A stretch of 54,191 nt of DNA, taken from assembly GCA_025459285.1 (NCBI GenBank), contig JALOQY010000002.1:1-54191 (forward strand), given 5' to 3'. Below are positions 51,077-54,191 of this stretch, one piece after another. This DNA comes from Planctomycetota bacterium. Its GTDB lineage: Bacteria > Planctomycetota > JAJSAM01. The translations under genes were made by a program, and so were the position numbers. The notes beneath the pieces were generated by a model that saw only the letters and a list, made by a program, of their open reading frames with translations, did not search any database and was not told the origin of the DNA. The first letter of the stretch is position 1. Every line of letters starts with the position of its first letter.

Positions 51077-51119
51077 CAGCCCGTCGGGGCGGGGATCGCG
51101 TGTTCTTCCCCGAGGCCGG
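51074..51119. repeat. truncated copy of the palindromic repeat family
   Basis: TAG stop (51074-51076) followed by cagcccgtcggggc. Only a weak second arm is present (ccccgaggccgg, 51108-51119). Confidence 0.5.
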
Positions 51120-51138
51120 TCTTGCCGAGGGTGGTACA

Positions 51139-52674
51139 ATGCGCCCCGCGGGTTGGGGCCTGCGAGGCTGGATCGTGCGACACATCCTGACGGCCATGCT
51201 CCTGCTCCCGGGACTTGCGGCGTGCGGGGGCGGCGGCGGGGGAGGCGGCGGGTCACCGCCCCTGCCGCCCATCACCGGCTTCCGTATCTCGGTGGCCGAT
51301 CCCCGGGACGGCGAGATCTACGTCCCCGTGGACAAGGTCATCCGCCTCACCTTCTCGGCGCCGATCTACCCGTCGTCGCTGGGAGCCACGCGGTTCGTGC
51401 TCGCCGAGCGAGTCTCGGGCACGTCCGTGCCGGGCGACATCGAGTACGAGTCCGGGGATCGGGTGGCGGTCTATCGGCCCCGGATCCGGTTGACGCACAA
51501 CTACCGCTACCGGATCTCCGTCTCCGCGGGCGTCCAGTCGGTGGGAGGTGACCGTCTCCTGGCCGACTTCGTCGCGTACTTCCGCACGGCGGTGAGCGAC
51601 GATCCCACGCCGCCGCCGCCCCCGCCCTCCCCGAAGGGCACGTTCCGGAAGGTCGGGGACATGAAGCGCGGACGGTCGAACCATACGGCGACCCTCCTCG
51701 ACTCCGGCCGTGTCCTCGTGACCGGCGGGTTCAACACCGCCACGACGCTCACGAAGACCGCGGAGATCTTCGACCCCGGGGCCCTGGCATTCGCCTACAC
51801 GGGATCGGACATGGAGACGCCACGGGCCTTCCATGCGGCGGTCCGGCTCTCCGACGGGCGGGTGCTGGTGGCCGGCGGCGTCACCGGAGCGGGGCTGGTG
51901 GAGACCGGTACCGCGGAGTTGTACAACCCCTCGGCGGACTCCTTCGCCCCCACCGGCGGCTCCATGACCGCCGCGCGGGCCTTCCACACGACCACGCTCC
52001 TCGCCGACGGCCGCGTCCTGATCGCGGGTGGAACGGTCCCCTCCCCGGACGGCTCGTTCTCTTCCCGGAAGGCCGAGGTCTTCAATCCCGCGACGGGGAC
52101 CTTCTCCACGCTGCCGGACATGGCGGTCTACCGGGCGGGCCACACTGCCACGCTCCTCACCGACGGCCGGGTGGTCCTCGTCGGCGGCAATTCCTCGGAC
52201 AAGCGCATCGAAGTGTTCAGTCCCGGAAGCGACAGCTTCAGCACGATCGGCGCCGGCCTGAAGCTCGCTCGCCGGGGGCACACTTCCACGCTCCTCGCGG
52301 ACGGTACGATCCTCATCATGGGCGGAGGAGACCGGACGGCGGAGATCCTGGAGACCGGGGGGAACGTCCGCTGGGCCCCCAGCTACCCGTACTACGACCG
52401 GAAGGACCACACCGACACCCTGCTCCCCACGGGCCACGTCTTCTTCACCGGGGGGTCGTTCCTGGTGAACTCCTACCTGTACTTCCAGCAGACGACGGAG
52501 ATGTACGACCCCTCGACCGGGGCCTTCATGGGCACGACTCCCCAGATGGCCGAACCGCGGGTGCGGCACCGCGCCGTGGCCTACGAGGCGAAGAAGATCC
52601 TCCTGACCGGCGGTCAGAACGCCGACCCCTCGCAGCCCGAACTCTCCTCCGCGGAGGTCTACGAACTGGAGTAG
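51139..52674 (+). CDS. lipoprotein with Ig-like (SbsA-type) domain and Kelch-type beta-propeller
   Basis: Lipobox LLLPGLAACGGGGGG. Ig-like segment (ISVADPRDGEIYVPVDKVIRLTFSAPI), a Pro-rich linker, then six repeats of the form HTATLLxDGRVLVxGG. Confidence 0.8.
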   Translation: MRPAGWGLRGWIVRHILTAMLLLPGLAACGGGGGGGGGSPPLPPITGFRISVADPRDGEIYVPVDKVIRLTFSAPIYPSSLGATRFVLAERVSGTSVPGDIEYESGDRVAVYRPRIRLTHNYRYRISVSAGVQSVGGDRLLADFVAYFRTAVSDDPTPPPPPPSPKGTFRKVGDMKRGRSNHTATLLDSGRVLVTGGFNTATTLTKTAEIFDPGALAFAYTGSDMETPRAFHAAVRLSDGRVLVAGGVTGAGLVETGTAELYNPSADSFAPTGGSMTAARAFHTTTLLADGRVLIAGGTVPSPDGSFSSRKAEVFNPATGTFSTLPDMAVYRAGHTATLLTDGRVVLVGGNSSDKRIEVFSPGSDSFSTIGAGLKLARRGHTSTLLADGTILIMGGGDRTAEILETGGNVRWAPSYPYYDRKDHTDTLLPTGHVFFTGGSFLVNSYLYFQQTTEMYDPSTGAFMGTTPQMAEPRVRHRAVAYEAKKILLTGGQNADPSQPELSSAEVYELE

Positions 52675-52684
52675 GAGCCTGCTG

Positions 52685-52741
52685 GCAGCCTGTCGCCGGG
52701 ATGCCTCCGCGCGCCCGGGGGCTTGTGCCGACGGGCTGTTA
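52685..52741. repeat. palindromic repeat family, sub-family B copy shared by two convergent genes
   Basis: gcagcctgtcgccgg-(core)-gccgacgggctg runs into the TAA stop (52739-52741) of the minus-strand HEAT gene. The left arm starts 10 nt after the TAG of the Kelch gene. Confidence 0.75.
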
Positions 52742-54013
52742 GCGAGGGCGCGCGGCTTCGCGGCGCTCGATGAGCTGGATCGCCCGTTCGGCGGCCTTCC
52801 GGACCCCGGGATGCTGGTCCTGGGCGGCGATGGAGGAGAGGGTGGGGACCGCGCCCGTCCCTCCGAGCCCCGCGACCGCGCGGATGGCCTCCAGGCGGAC
52901 CGCAGGCAAAGGATCGCTCGTGGCGGAGCGGAGGATCGGGGTGACGGCCGCGGGCTGCCGCGTCCGGCCCAGGGCCCGGATCACCTCCGTCCGGAAGTCC
53001 GGGGCTCCGCCTTGCGCGAGGGCGTCCGACAGGGCGGGGACCGCGGCGGGGTTCGACAGATCCCGAAGGCTCTTCAATCCGATGGCCCGCTCCTCCGGAT
53101 CGGAGGACGCGGCGTAGGAGAGCACGGCCGAAGCCCCGCGCTCGCCGCCGAGCTGGGAGAGGGCGGCCAGCGAGTACCGGCGCACGGATGGATCGGCGGT
53201 GGACGCGAGGAGGGCGATGAGGTCATCGGTTCCCGCGCCGCTTCGAGTGGCGAGCAGGCTCTGGAACGCGACGTCGCGCAGGCGGGCGTTCGGCGTATCT
53301 CCGAGGAAGTCCACGAGGCCGAAGACGGCGGCGTCATCCGCCATCACCCCGAGCGCCTGCAGCCCGCGCGCCACGGCCTGAGGGTTCTGCTCCTGACCGA
53401 TGAATCCGAGAACCCCCCGGACCGCCTCCTCCCCGCCGAGGCGTTCGAGGTGGGAGAAGAGGAGGTTGCGGACGCCGAAGTCGGTCTGGGCGGCGAGTCC
53501 TTCGAGGAGGAGTCCCAGGTCCTCGGGGCCGAGCTTCGTCCCCCTCGGCGTGAACGTGGCGATGAGAAACGCGAGGAGCTGCCCGGGGTCCTTCAGGTCG
53601 ACGGTCTTCTTCAACTGGTCGACGATCGGGTCGCGCGCCCGGCTGCCGCCGGCGGGACCGTCCGCGCCCTCCGAGGGTCCTCCTTCAGCCGGCGTTCCCG
53701 GCGGCGCGTCGCCGCCCACGGGACCGTCCTGCCCGGGGAGTGCCGCGGCGCCGGGAGATGAGCCGGGTCCCCGGGCGCCTCCGCCATTCCCGAAATCTCC
53801 TTCCCGGCGGAGTTCGGCGAGAAGACCGCCTTCCTCGTCGGGCAGCGGAGGCGGCGGAGGGCGCGCGACGGGAGGCTCGTCGTCGGATTCCTCCGTGCTC
53901 CGCGAGGGCAGGAACGGGAGGTGGACGACGCCCGAGGCCGAGAGGGCGATGAGGGTGACCACACCCGCCGCGAGGACGATGCCGAGGAAGACGAACCGTT
54001 CGAGCCAGTTCAT
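52739..54013 (-). CDS. membrane-anchored HEAT-repeat protein
   Basis: N-terminal TM segment FVFLGIVLAAGVVTLIAL, a Pro/Gly/Asp-rich linker, then HEAT repeats (LASTADPSVRRYSLAALSQLGG, ATSDPLPAVRLEAIRAVAGLGG, QDQHPGVRKAAERAIQLI). Confidence 0.75.
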   Translation of the reverse strand: MNWLERFVFLGIVLAAGVVTLIALSASGVVHLPFLPSRSTEESDDEPPVARPPPPPLPDEEGGLLAELRREGDFGNGGGARGPGSSPGAAALPGQDGPVGGDAPPGTPAEGGPSEGADGPAGGSRARDPIVDQLKKTVDLKDPGQLLAFLIATFTPRGTKLGPEDLGLLLEGLAAQTDFGVRNLLFSHLERLGGEEAVRGVLGFIGQEQNPQAVARGLQALGVMADDAAVFGLVDFLGDTPNARLRDVAFQSLLATRSGAGTDDLIALLASTADPSVRRYSLAALSQLGGERGASAVLSYAASSDPEERAIGLKSLRDLSNPAAVPALSDALAQGGAPDFRTEVIRALGRTRQPAAVTPILRSATSDPLPAVRLEAIRAVAGLGGTGAVPTLSSIAAQDQHPGVRKAAERAIQLIERREAARPR

Positions 54014-54191
54014 GGATCTCCTCCGGGGCTAACGGCCCCCGGTCCATCCTCGCCGATGCGGTCCGCGGAGTCAAAACCCGTCAGAACCAGGTCTGCGAGT
54101 CAGACAGTATCGGAGCGACGACGGAGTCCCGGCCCGCCGCGGGGGGCGGGTTCCTGCTTCCGGAGGCCACCGGCCGGGGCTTGTCAGCGGG

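Noticed and set aside
1-54191. Mobile elements, prophage, defence systems (restriction-modification, toxin-antitoxin, CBASS/retron-like)
   Set aside because: No transposase, integrase, reverse transcriptase, nuclease/helicase defence signature or compositional break was recognised. The only hint is the start-less RHH remnant at 7973-8095.

Overview
Very GC-rich chromosomal segment (third codon positions mostly G/C) from a diderm-type bacterium. I recognise about 39 protein-coding genes and one tRNA-Ala(CGC). I see no transposase, integrase, phage gene or CRISPR array.

Gene content, left to right:
- 3-4097: a membrane-anchored protein with an ExbD-like C-terminus, then an unassignable 1039-aa multi-pass membrane protein.
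- 4242-7762: a divergent polyphosphate pair (two-domain PPK2/PAP and SixA-like phosphatase), then a SASA-type esterase.
- 8096-14422, minus strand: a translationally coupled operon of an M14-like pseudoenzyme, an active M14 carboxypeptidase, an M1 aminopeptidase with a HEAT tail, and DoxX.
- 14481-25429, minus strand: a complete Pho supercluster (phoB, phoR, O/P-type porin, pstS, long pstC, long pstA, pstB, phoU).
- 25559-30842, minus strand: a coupled operon of a Ser/Thr kinase (zinc ribbons plus TPR), a HlyD-type adaptor and a secreted alpha/alpha-toroid protein.
- 30945-34402: tRNA-Ala, two tandem small kinase-fold genes, a PilZ protein and a dual-specificity-phosphatase::DapB fusion ORF.
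- 34544-41769: a HEAT/TPR lipoprotein, a ThiL::TsaE fusion and an 1183-aa protein of tandem CarboxypepD_reg-like domains.
- 41884-54013: an envelope-flavoured cluster of ECF sigma, anti-sigma with a toroid domain, a small basic ORF, a HEAT protein, TolC, a HEAT lipoprotein, an orphan PilT, a DUF5658-like membrane protein, a Kelch lipoprotein and a HEAT protein.

Structure not explained by genes:
- A dispersed ~60-nt palindromic repeat family has at least 8 copies. Its outer arm usually starts exactly at a stop codon (TAR-CAGCCCGTCGGGGC).
- Two near-identical sigma54-type promoter motifs (GGTAC-N5-TTGCTG).
- A dyad/tandem repeat block at 4159-4237.
- A start-less ribbon-helix-helix coding remnant lies in frame after the doxX TGA.

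No single textbook novel system is proven. The best candidates are the kinase-adaptor-toroid operon together with the ECF/TolC/PilT cluster, and the repeat family. All family calls come from motifs read by eye; no searches were run. Many start codons were chosen from ATGA/GTGA stop-start overlaps and RBS-like motifs.
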